From Vicugna vicugna (lineage: Eukaryota), in contig MU058285.1 of NCBI GenBank assembly GCA_013265495.1, forward strand, positions 1 to 64,000: a stretch of 64,000 nucleotides of DNA, in the 5' to 3' direction. The position numbers were made by a program, and so were the translations under genes. The notes beneath the pieces were generated by a model. The model saw nothing but the letters and a program-made list of their open reading frames with translations. It did no database searches and was not told the DNA's origin. This document shows, piece after piece, positions 24,935 to 35,816 of the stretch (position 1 is its first letter; each line of letters opens with the position of its first letter).

Positions 24935-27125
24935 GAACACTAGTACAATGTTGATTAGAAGTGATTTAGCAATGCTAGCCACTATATATAAAAAAAATTA
25001 GCCACTATATATAAAAAATATTAACCACTATATATAAAAATAGATTTAAAAAATCAAGCTTCTGTATAGCACAGGGAAATATATTCAATATCTTATAATA
25101 ACTTTTAATGAAAAAGAATATGAAAAGAAATATATATAGTATATGCATGACTAGGACATTGTGCTGTACACCAGAATTTGACTCATTGTAACTGACTGTA
25201 CTTCAATTTAAAAAGAGTGATGTTAGCATCTTTTGTCTCTCTTTTGTGATTTCAGGGGGAAAGCTTTCAATATTTCACCATTAAATATGTTTACTGTAGG
25301 TTGTTTTTAAGAAGGTCTTTATCAGATTAAGGAAATTCTCCTTTATTTTATATAGAATGAATGGGTATTGAATTTGGTTAAATATTTTTATTCTGTAAAT
25401 ACTGAGATGATTATACATCTTTTTAAAAAAATGTTTATGTAGTGAGTTACACTGAGTGATTCTTGAGTGTTAATCCATCCTTACATTTCTAGGCTAATTC
25501 TTTCATGGTTATAGTGTTTTCTTTTGGTATATCACTGCTTTCAATTTGCAAATATTTATATTAGCACTTTAGTACTTATGTTCATATGAGAAATGGACTT
25601 GTAAACTGCCTTTCTTACGATGTCTTTTTCAAGTTCGGGTATTAATGAGGGTAGCCTCATAAAAACGTTGGGAAGTGTTTGTATCTTTTTCCGTTCTCTG
25701 CAAGAAATTGTGCAAGATTGATGTTGTGTCTTCCTTAAATGAAAGAAGTGCTTGGAAGAATTTACCAGTGATCCCATCTGGGTCTAAGGCTTTCTTTGTG
25801 GGAAGGTATTGAAGTATAAATTCTATTTCTTTAATTGGTGTTAAATATTGAAGCAGTTTATTATTTCTTGTTTTGGTAACTCATATCTTTCAAGGATTTT
25901 ATTTGTTTCATTTAAATTTTTTCTATTAGCATAAAAATGTTTGTAATATATTCTTTTTGTCTTTTTAAATGACAGAGTTGTACCCTTTTACAGTCCTGAT
26001 AATTTCTCACTCTTATTCTTTTTCCTGATCAACCTTGTTAAGTATTTTTCAATGTTATTAATCTTTTGAAAGAACCAACTCTGATTGTTGGTTTTTCTCT
26101 ATACATTGTTTTTTCATCTTCTGCCCATTATTTCTTTTTTTATACTCTCTTTGGTTTTGGTTTTCTATTTTTTTCTAGGTACCTTAGAGGATTACTATTT
26201 AGTTCTAAGCATTACATTTTCTTCTAAGTACTACTTTAGATGCATTCTACCATTTTCGATATGTTCTGCCTTTAATATAATCCAACTCCACTTAAATTTT
26301 GTGTTTATTTCTTCTAGCCATTTTTATGGACAATTTATAATAGCATATCTTAAATTTTCAAACTTCGGCAGTTTTCTAATTATCTTTTGGTCTTTTTTAC
26401 TTTAGCTAAATTTGTTTGTGTTCAGAGAACATATCATTCATGATCTACATCTTTGAATGGGTCAACATGTTGTTGAATCAGCATTGACAGCATTAATTTT
26501 GGTTACTTTCCTTCAGTTACCAAATTACAGAACATCCATTCTTGCTTTATGACAAATGATCACATTCTATTTCTAAAACAGTGCTAAAACTCCAGAAAAC
26601 TTTAACTCTCATTTACTTCTATTCTGTTTCTGATGTCCGATAACAGTTTTGAAAAAAATTCCCCACCATTGTTTCTACAAATATTGCTTCAGCTCAGACA
26701 TCGCCTTCATTGTCCGTCTTTCTAATATCACAATTGTAGATACTCTAGACCATTCACTGTGACCATTTATCTCTTCTGCATTTCCATTTTATTAGCTCTC
26801 TGTGCTGCAATTTGGATGTCATTGATCTTTCTTCTAGTTTATTAATCTTTGCTTTTGTCATATTTAATCTGCTATTAAACTCATACCTTATGCTCTTAAT
26901 TTCAGATATTTTATTTTCAGTTCTAGAATTTTTAATTCAGTCTTTGTGTGGATTTAAATAGTGTTTGTATTTATTCATATTCTATTTGTCTTTCCCATCA
27001 TCTTCTCTAATTTTTAAAACTAAATTAATATTTTTAAGTCCTTGCCTAGTAACTCCAATACCTTGATTGACTATGAATCATTTTTTATTGTCTGTATTTT
27101 TTCTTTAATGTTCAGTCATACAGTT
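24935..27125 (-). mobile_element. Old L1M (ORF2/ORF1 region), degraded
   Basis: Minus-strand ORF 25556-25777 reads TLPNVF..LIPELEKDIVRKAVYKSISHMNISTKVL, matching L1 ORF2 'TLPNSFYEASITLIPKPDKD..RKENYRPISLMNIDAKIL'. Confidence 0.82.
24972..25215 (+). mobile_element. Young L1 3' end inserted in the old L1M
   Basis: Same subfamily text as 1091-1372. TSD-like agtgatttagca (24960-24971) and agtgatgttagca (25216-25228). Confidence 0.88.
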
Positions 27126-27134
27126 CTGTGTTTT

Positions 27135-29358
27135 CTATTAAATGTGCAATAGCATTAAGTCTAAAAAAAGTACATACTTTAATTAAAATTACCTTATTGC
27201 CAAAAAATGTGAACCATCATCTGACCCTCACTGAGTTCTAATCTTTTTTGCTAGTGGAGAGTCAAACCTAAATGTAGATGGCTGCTGACTGACCAGGGTG
27301 GTGGTTGCTGAAGGCTGAAATGGCTATAGCAATTTTTAAAATAAGACAAAAATAAAGTTTCCTGTATCAATGGACTCTTCCTTTCATGAACAGTTTCTCT
27401 CTAGCATTCAATGCAGTTTGATAGCTTTTTACCCACAGTATAACTTCTTTCCAAATTAGAGTCAAACCTCTCAAACCCTACTGCTGCTTTATCAAGTAAG
27501 TTTATGTAATTCTCTAAATCCTTTGTTGTCATTTCAACAGTTTTCACAATTTCATATCAAGAAACCACTTTCTTTGTTCATCCGTAAGAAGTGATTCCTC
27601 ATCTGTTGAAGTTTTGCCATGAGATTGCAATTCAGTCACATCTTCAGGCTCCAGTTCTGATTCTTGCTGTTTCCACCACACCTGCAGTTACTTCCCCCAC
27701 TGAGCATATGAACCTCTCAAAGTCATCCATGAAGATTTAAATCAACTTCTTCCAAGCTCCTGTGTATGTTGATATTTGCCCTCTCCCATGAATCACAAAT
27801 GTTCTCCATGGCATCTATAATGGCGAATCCTTTAAAGAACGTTTTCAGTTGACTTTGCTTAGATCTGTCAGAGGGATCACTAGCTATGACAACTTTAGCT
27901 TTATGCAATGTAGTTCTTAAATGATAAGAAAGTCAAAATAACTCCTTGGCCCATAGACTGCAGAACAGATGTTGTGTTAGCAGGCATGAAAACAACATTA
28001 ATCTCTTTGTACATCTTCATCAGGTCTCTTGAATGACTGGGTCAATGAGCAGTATTATTTTGAAAGATTTTTTTTTTTTCTGAGCAGTAAGTCTCAACAG
28101 TGGGCTTAAAGTGTTCAGTAAACCATATTATAAGTAAATGTTCTGACATTCAGGTTTTGTTATTCCATTTACAGAGCACAAACAGAGTAGATTTACCATA
28201 TTTCTTCAGGGTCCTAGGATTTTAAGAATGGTAAATGAGCATCAGCTTCAACTTAAAGTCACCAGTTGCATTAGTCTCTAACAAGAGAGTCAGCCACTCC
28301 TTTGAAGCTTTGAAATCAGGGATTGACTTCTCCTCTCTGGCTATGGAAAGTTCTAGATGGCATCTTCTACCAAGATAAGCCTATTACATCTACATTAATT
28401 AGTGTATCCACCTTCATTAATTATCTTAGCTAGATATTCTGGATAACTTGCTCCATTTTTACACCAGCACTTGCTGCTGCTTCTTGTACTTTTATCTTAA
28501 AGAGATGGCTTCTTTCCTTAAACTTTATGGGTAAATCTCTGCTAGCTTCAAGCTTTTCTCCTGCAGCTCCTTCATCCCTGTCAGCCTTCAGGGAATTGAA
28601 GAGAGTTAGGGTCTTGCTCTGGATTCAGCTTTAGCTTAGGAGAATGTTGTGGCTGATTTGGTTTTCTAACTAGACCACTAAAATTTTCCCCATATCACCA
28701 ATAAAGCTATGTTGCTTTCTTATCAGCCATGTGTTCACTGGAGCAGCACTTTTAATTTTCTTCAAGAATGTTTCTTTTTGCATTCACAACTTGGCTAACT
28801 GTTTGGCCCAAGAGGCTTAACTTTCAGCCTATCTTGGCTCTCAACATGCGTTTCTTACTAAGCTTGATCATTTTTGGCTTTTGATTTAAAATAAAAGACA
28901 TGCAACTTTTCCCTCACTTGAACACTCAGAAGACATTGTAAGTTACTTATTAGCCTAATTTTAATATTATTGTGTCTTGGGGAATAGGGAGGCCTGAGGA
29001 CAGGGAGAGAGACAGGGGAACCGCTGGTCAGTGGAACAGTCAGAACATAGACAATATTTATCAATTAAGTTTGCCGTCTTATGTGGACATGGTTCATGGC
29101 GCCCCAAAGCAATTACAATAATAATATCAAAGATCACTGATCACAGATCACCATCATAAATATAATAATAATGACAAAGTCTGAAAGATTTGAAAATTAT
29201 CCAAATGTGACACAGAGACTTGAAGTGAGCAAATGCTGTTCGAAAAATGGTACCCATAGACTTGATCGACACAAAGGTCACAGAAACATTAAATTTGTAA
29301 AAGGTGCAATATCTGTGAAGTGCAATGAAGTAAAGCTCAGTTAAGCAAAGTGTGTATG
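27135..29358 (-). mobile_element. Tigger1 DNA transposon, near full length, transposase disrupted
   Basis: ORF 27723-27908 SDPSDRSKQSQLKTFFKGFAIIDAMENICDSWE matches Tigger1 transposase '[33 protein letters not shown]'. Right end matches the Tigger1 5' terminus followed by TA. Left TIR missing. Confidence 0.93.
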
Positions 29359-29399
29359 TACACATATTGTATATAAGAAGTTCAGGCCATAATATGTCC

Positions 29400-30345
29400 A
29401 ATGAAGAGGATCCCATTTCCTCTGTTAGGTTCACTGAGTGGGATAATGTGACTAAACCACATTTTAACTGGATTGCAGTATTATAAAGGCTCACTCTACC
29501 TCTTGTTCATCTCTTCTCCTGGGGTATACTGTGGTAGATCTTCAGCTGAGATCTTACTTGAGCTTTGTTTTCTTAATATCAAGATATTTGAGAAAACTCC
29601 CCTCTCTGTGTTACAAATTTTCAATTTTGACTTGACTCCCTACCTTGTGCAGCTTCAAAATTCACTGAACGTCTAACAGTGCATGTTGGCTGCTTGAAGC
29701 CTCTATTAGTCCAATTTTGTTACACCCATCCCAGTGACTCACAAATGTGTGCTGGTTTCCCTGTGCCTCACAGCAACGTCCTTCCAGGGGCCAAGCCTAG
29801 ATCCTCAGAGTCTAGCTGCATCCAGGGTCTGCTAGTGACCCAGGAGAAAAACTGGATGATCTTGTCAGCTCACTATTCCCCTATGACTTTCAGATTTCTC
29901 TTTCTTTATTCACAGAGGCCTCTCCTCCTGCAGCGTCTTTGTCTTCTCAAAATGAAAAGACGACTGAAATTTCTGCTTTGATTTTCAGAAGCTCTGTCTT
30001 AGCTTTTTATCTTCCAGCTTGAACAGCTTCAACTCTGACAAATATTTGGAAGGGGAAAACTGCCTTTGTGTGGAGATTCATTAATCCTCTAGTTTCATCA
30101 CTCTGGCACTGTGGGAGCACAAAAAGTTCTCCTGGGATCTCTATTCCCTATCTAAAGTGCTCTACCAGGGGTTAAATTAAAATTCTCAGAGAACATCTTT
30201 GCTCCAAATTGGCATATGCTTCCTCTGTGAATTTCCAGTTTCACTAGTCTTCAGTGCGTCCACAGCTCTCAGGCAAGTTTAACTACGTGAATTTTGTATT
30301 TCACCCAGGCTCTAATTGTTCTCTGTTGTGAGTGATGGTCCACCA
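29400..30345 (-). mobile_element. Probable continuation of the old L1M (5' region)
   Basis: Pyrimidine-rich text with L1M 5'-region-like phrases (tatttggaaggggaaaactg, tctaattgttctctg). Weak. Confidence 0.4.
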
Positions 30346-30469
30346 CAAACTATTTTTTATAACCTAGCAGCAGAATTTTCATTATTGGACTTTTATCTCT
30401 CTTGGGGCAGGTAAACCTAACATTCTTTTATCAAGGATTCTTTCAAGTTAATGTTTCCTATTGCTGGGC

Positions 30470-31593
30470 TGAGATATATTTTGGGGAGTTATTATTCTGT
30501 CTACAACTGGCTGTCCTATGATCCTCAAAAATTCACATCTGTCCCACATGGAGAACACATTGGAAAATATTAGGTCCCCAGAAGTTTCAACCCATTACAG
30601 CATAAATTCAAGTTCAAAAATCTCATCTAAGCCTCATTATGTCCAAGGCACCAAATATCATCATCTATATTCTCTAAATAAGGTATAAATAAGGTGCTAG
30701 GTATAACCCACCCTGGTGCAAAATTTTTGTCCAAATACGGAACTATGAAACAAGAAAACAATTTATCTGCTTCCAGAGTAGAATGGTGAGACAGGTGTAA
30801 GATAACAGCTATAGACATTCATATTTAAAAAAAGGAAGAGAGTAGAATGAGAAAAAGGAGTCATGTTCTTAAGAAATCTCAAAATCCACCTGGGAAAACC
30901 CCATTAGGCTTGAAGACCTGGGACTAACACTCTGTGGCCCACTTCTCTATCGTTTGGGCCCAGGGCTCTGTCCTCTGGGTCTGCAGCTCCACCTTCAGAT
31001 TATCTTTCCTTTTTCACGAAGGGCAATATTTGTTTGCTGCTAAGTGGTTTTACCAGCCTGTTTCCTGCTTTAGAATTTGGGATTTTTATAGCTGTCTTTA
31101 ATGTTATTTTTCTCTTTTCCTGTCTAATTTGGCACTGTTTCTGCTGATGTATCTTCTCAAGAATCCTGTGTATCTCCCATGTATGTCACAGGGGTTATCT
31201 GGAGGTCGGAAATCCAAGATGCATCGGCAGGGCCACAGTCCTCCGGGAGGCTCTAGTGGAGAATCTCTCTCCTTATCTTTTCTAGCCACCAGAGGCTGCC
31301 TGCCTTCCTTGGCCTGGGGTGCCTTTCTCCTTCAAAGCCAGAAGCATATTCTTTTCTAACTCTGACCCTCTGTTCCATCATAACCCCTTTTCTGACTCTA
31401 ATCCTCCAGCCTCTTTAATTTCAAGGGCTCTTGGGATTACACTGTTTGCATCAGGATGACACAGGATAATCTTTCCTTCTCAGAGTCCTTAGCTGAGTCA
31501 CATTTGCCTCTTGACATGTGAGGCAACACATATTTTTCCCCCTGAAGATTATGGTGTTGGCATCTTTGGGCGACCTTTATTGTATTTAACACA
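30470..31593 (-). mobile_element. MaLR element: MLT1 LTR remnant, MLT1-int and MLT1D-like LTR
   Basis: LTR end ttattattctgtctaca (~30504). Internal aaaaattcacatctgtcccacatg..cccattacagcat. LTR tctggaggtcggaaatccaagatg..ggaggctctagtggagaatc..caggataatct..ttaacaca. Confidence 0.8.
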
Positions 31594-31855
31594 TGTACCT
31601 AATTTAGGGACATAAGTTTCAAGCCCTGAATCCTACAGGATTTTGAATTTTTTTAATTTAAAACTTTTCCCCCCATTTGACCTGTTGTTTATTTCTGAGA
31701 TGATAAATCCTCAGTTTGAATTTTTTCTTAGTATTTCTGCTGTGACCTTCCTTCCTTTAGGCAGAAAATGCAGAACACCCTAGAGCTGGAAGAGCCATAG
31801 AGTACAATGGGAATAGGGATGGGACACATTTTTCCCCATATGTCTTATATATACA

Positions 31856-31898
31856 TTTTTTTTATTGAAGTATAGTCGGTTTACAATGTTGTATCAAT
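31856..31898 (-). mobile_element. Very short L1 3' terminal fragment
   Basis: ttttttttattgaagtatagtcggtttacaatgttgtatcaat; same terminus as the element near 21694. Confidence 0.75.
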
Positions 31899-32854
31899 AG
31901 GACACTTTTTTGATACCTCCACTGTAATTTTTTTTGGTGTTGTAATCTCCTAATCTTCTCTCCAAATGTCTATTCTCTACCTTATATAAGGAGAAGTTGA
32001 AGTACTTCTCCAGGACAATGTTAGCTAAACTGACAGAAGCAGACTTCTGTTAGGTATTAAACAAAAAAAAAAAAATAAAGAGAAAGAATGTTTTCGTTAA
32101 AAGGTGACATCTGGGGTGCAGTATTTGAGAAGAATAAACGTGAAGGTCAACAAAATCTTATCTAGTTTTTTTCTGACAGCATACTTAAACAACTTTATGT
32201 TTGAAGCATAAATTTGGTAGTTGATGTTCCTGCTGATTTGTCGTATGACTAGTTAACAGCCTCACACTTTTGCTTATGCTTTAGACACATAGCTGGTTAA
32301 TATGCAATAAAGTTCTTATAATTCATCTAACAATTATATCTGGAATCCCTCTTTTCAGTATAAAGTCATTCTCTGGAATGATTTTTTTTTTTTTTTTTTT
32401 AGTAAACCGATCTTTTTTGAATAAAAGTGAAAATAAAATTTTGACACCTTTGCATAATCAAATGACCTAAAAAGATTGCTTTAGAATGCCCTTAGGGGAG
32501 AATCAACTGTGTAAGACTATATAGCAAAAACATATTTCAAGCCAGTTAGAGATTGTAGAATTTGGCACGGGTAAACAAAGAGATATGTAAAATCGGTGGC
32601 TTTTTTTTTACCCTGTAATCCATAGAGCTCTGAGGATTTCAGGGAAGGGCCTCAGAGACTGCTGCAAAGTATAAAAGAGCCAAACAGGCAAGTCTTCAAC
32701 CAGAGTGCTCTGGTTTATCTGATTTATATGTTGGTTCTGGATACCCTTTGTTTGAACAAAGGCTTTTATTTGGCCAAAACAATTGGATAGGAATCGCATC
32801 AAATAACTTGACTAAATCCTAGTCAGTGGGAAGCAGGGCAAAGACTAAATTCTA

Positions 32855-33330
32855 GTCATTTCATTCCTTCACTTAAATCCCTTCAGTGGCTCCCTGTCAA
32901 CTTCAAGATAAAATATATACTCTTTCACCATGGCATTCACATTCTTACTGACCTGACTCTTGTCAATTTCTTTAGCTCATTTCTTGTTCTGCAGTCTTCT
33001 TAATGCCTTGAAGACTCTCCACAAATTATGTTTTATACCTAGAGTGTCCATTCTTTCTCCCTTGTTAGCTGGCAGTCTTTATAATCTTTACGATTCTTCG
33101 CTTCCTACTTTCCTGGTTACCGCAGTAAGGTTTAGGGCTGTCTTCTATAGTCCTATGAATGCTTTACATTCTCTATTATGGAGCTTTGAATAATGTATTT
33201 CAATTGTTGGTTTGTCTTTCTCACCCAGTTAAACTGTTCATAGTATGTTTTCTAAAAATTTCATCTTTGGATACCTAGTGTCTAGCCTAGGGATTGGGCT
33301 GGTTTGATGATTAAATAGGTAAATGTCAGT
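32855..33330 (+). mobile_element. L2 3' fragments
   Basis: cacttaaatcccttcagtggctccc..catggcattca..cctagtgtctagcctag. Confidence 0.6.
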
Positions 33331-33484
33331 TTCTTATTTTCTCCTCTACACCATGCTAAGAAGAAATATCCCTGGGGTCTGAGGAGTTAGAATGGTCATC
33401 TGAGCCAGCACTCAGAGATTCTCTGCAGCACCGAGGAGGGAAGAAATAATCCCACTTGGCATTAAATAGACTCTACAAAACACT

Positions 33485-35700
33485 TATTTATTTAATTAAG
33501 TAATTAAGCTCATATCTGTTACGTGTCTTCTATATAGCCGCAGGCACTATTCGAAGCACTGTGGATACAGCAGTGAAACATGGAGACAAAATATTTACCC
33601 TGAAGCTTCCATTCCAGTGAGGGTAGGATGGATAGTCAGCAATTACATACATAAAATGTCAAGCAATAATAAAACTTCTGAAGGAAATTAAACAGGGAAA
33701 TTAAAGCAGGGTGAAGGAAATAGAGAGTAAAAAGAAAAGAGGTTGCTCTTTCATAGAGCGATATTCAAAAGAGACCTCCCAACAAGGTGAGGAGTGAGAA
33801 CTGAATAATGTCAGAAGAAAGATTGAGCTGTGCTGGTACTGTTGCCAGTGGATGTAACCATTGTTCCAAGTTCTTGTCCCACCCCAGAAAGAATTCAGAG
33901 ACAAGACATAGTGGTTAAAAAAGTAAAGTGAGGCTTTATTAAAGGATGGATGGTACACTCTCAAGGGAAGGGTGGGCAGGCTCAGGTGAGCAGCTGCCCT
34001 GTGTTTCTTTGGCAAGTTAGTTACATAGGGTGTAAAAATGAATGGGCGGAATATTTATTGGGGACAGAAGGGTTAGGGGTCCTATTCCCTGATTATCATC
34101 CCAACTCCACCTTCTCAAAAGGAGGAGGGGTTTTTGTCCTTATTTAGTCTGGATTGGAAGCGTCATGGCATCAGTTCATGCTGGGTACTTCTAATCTGCA
34201 AGGCTAATTTTATTGAAATGAGGGCATAATGAGCAAAAGGTTACATTCAGACACTGGAAATTCCTACCTTTTCTCACCTTTCTTTATCGGTCTCCATGCC
34301 ACTCATCACCCCCAAAGTTGTGACCACTTATCAGCCCAAAGGTTCCTGCTTTTCTTTCTCTGTCCAGGGATCCCTGGTGCTTACATGATGTATGGTTTCC
34401 TGCATTTGGGCCTGTGCCCCTCCTTTCTGCCCAGTTCCTTTCATTTGGCCTGTGTCCCCCTTTCTCTGCTCACATCTAGCTCTCTGCCTGCTCTAGCAGT
34501 GTTTGTGGGAAGACTGTTCCGGGCAGAAGGACTGAAGACTGTCGAGTTCAAAGGCTTTGAGGCAGAAGTGTGCTTCTTGGGTTTGAAGAAGAAAACACAG
34601 TGTCAGTGTGGCTGCAGCATAGTAGAGAAATGGAGAGGAGACGAGGTCAGACAGGCTACGGAATATGATCTGGTAAGTCAATGGCAAGAATTCTGGTTCT
34701 TGTTTTAATGTGGTGGAAAAATCATTGTCCCATTTTGACTAGATTTAATCTGATCTGATTTTGAGTGTTGGCAGGGAGGGGTCTCCATATAAGAGTAGTA
34801 TATGGGAAAGCAGGGGTAAGAGGAAGACCAGTGGGATGCTACTGAAATAATGCAGGTAAGAAATGCTGGTGATCTAAACCAGAATGAGAGTAATGAAGGT
34901 GGTGAGAAGTGGTTGAATTCTGAATGCTTTTATAAGGGACAGCTGACTTGAGGTTGGATTGGATGTAAAGTATGGGAGAAGGAAGGAGACAAATAGGCTG
35001 ACCCTTGAGGGAGGAACACAACTTCCAGTACTAAAGTGGGGAAGGCATTTAGAGGAGCACATTTGGGGAAGAAATCAGGATATTTATTCTAGATGTGTTG
35101 TTTGAGATGGTTATTAGAAATCTAATGGAAATGTGAAAAATGCTGCTGAATATTTAAGGCTTGGGTTCAGAGGAATATTCAGGCAGAAGTGATAAAAGTG
35201 GAAGTCATGAGACTGGAGAGACTAGTTGCTGCCATGACTAGGTGAGCTCACTCTAGGAGTAACTGTCAAAACAAGTCCCAAGGCCTGAGACCTGGAGCAT
35301 CTTATTCCTTAGGAGTTAGGAAGATGGAGAGGAATCAGCCGCAGAAATTGAGAAGAGGCCAGTGGGAAAATCTAGAAAAGTCGTGTCCAAGATGGAAAAT
35401 GAAATAAATTTTCTAGAAGGAGAAAGTTGATCAACCATGTTAAAAGTTGTTACATCACGAAGATGAGAACTGAGAATTGCCCATTGGGTTTGGCAACCTG
35501 AGGTTAATTGGTGAAGTCGTAGGGACAAAAGCTTCATTGGAGTGGATTCAAGAGAGAATTGGAAAGAAATTAGATCTTGAGAAGTTTTTCTATAAAATAT
35601 TGTGACTGGAGGGGAACATGGGGTAAAGGGATTTTGTTGTTGTTGTTGTTGTATGTTAAGTTGAGAGATACTGTAGTAGACATTTAATTCAGTCTGCAGA
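33485..35700 (-). mobile_element. L2a element (~1.5 kb of L2) split by an LTR insertion
   Basis: 3' end caggcactattcgaagcactgtggatacagcagtgaa. Resumes at 34499 with gggaagactgttccgggcagaagg..; gatgagaactgagaattgcccattgggtttggcaac. Confidence 0.85.
33840..34498 (-). mobile_element. ERV1-type solo LTR (MER41-like lineage)
   Basis: TG...CA termini splitting a collinear L2. Minus-strand AATAAA at 33935-33940. Shares aaagaatt..gaga..tttatt..cactc..gggcagg with the 3111 LTR. TSD imperfect (gtac/gtgt). Confidence 0.85.
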
Positions 35701-35816
35701 TCCTAATAGGCTGCCAGCTAAAGTCTTTGGAACTGGTAACTGGATCTCTGAGGACATAAGATACTGGATAGCTTTCTAAAGATGTCAAGGTTTGGCACAT
35801 ACAAACAATGTGCCAG

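Noticed and set aside
34229..34708. 159-aa plus-strand ORF
   Set aside because: Runs across an LTR/L2 junction, with low-complexity L/F/S composition.
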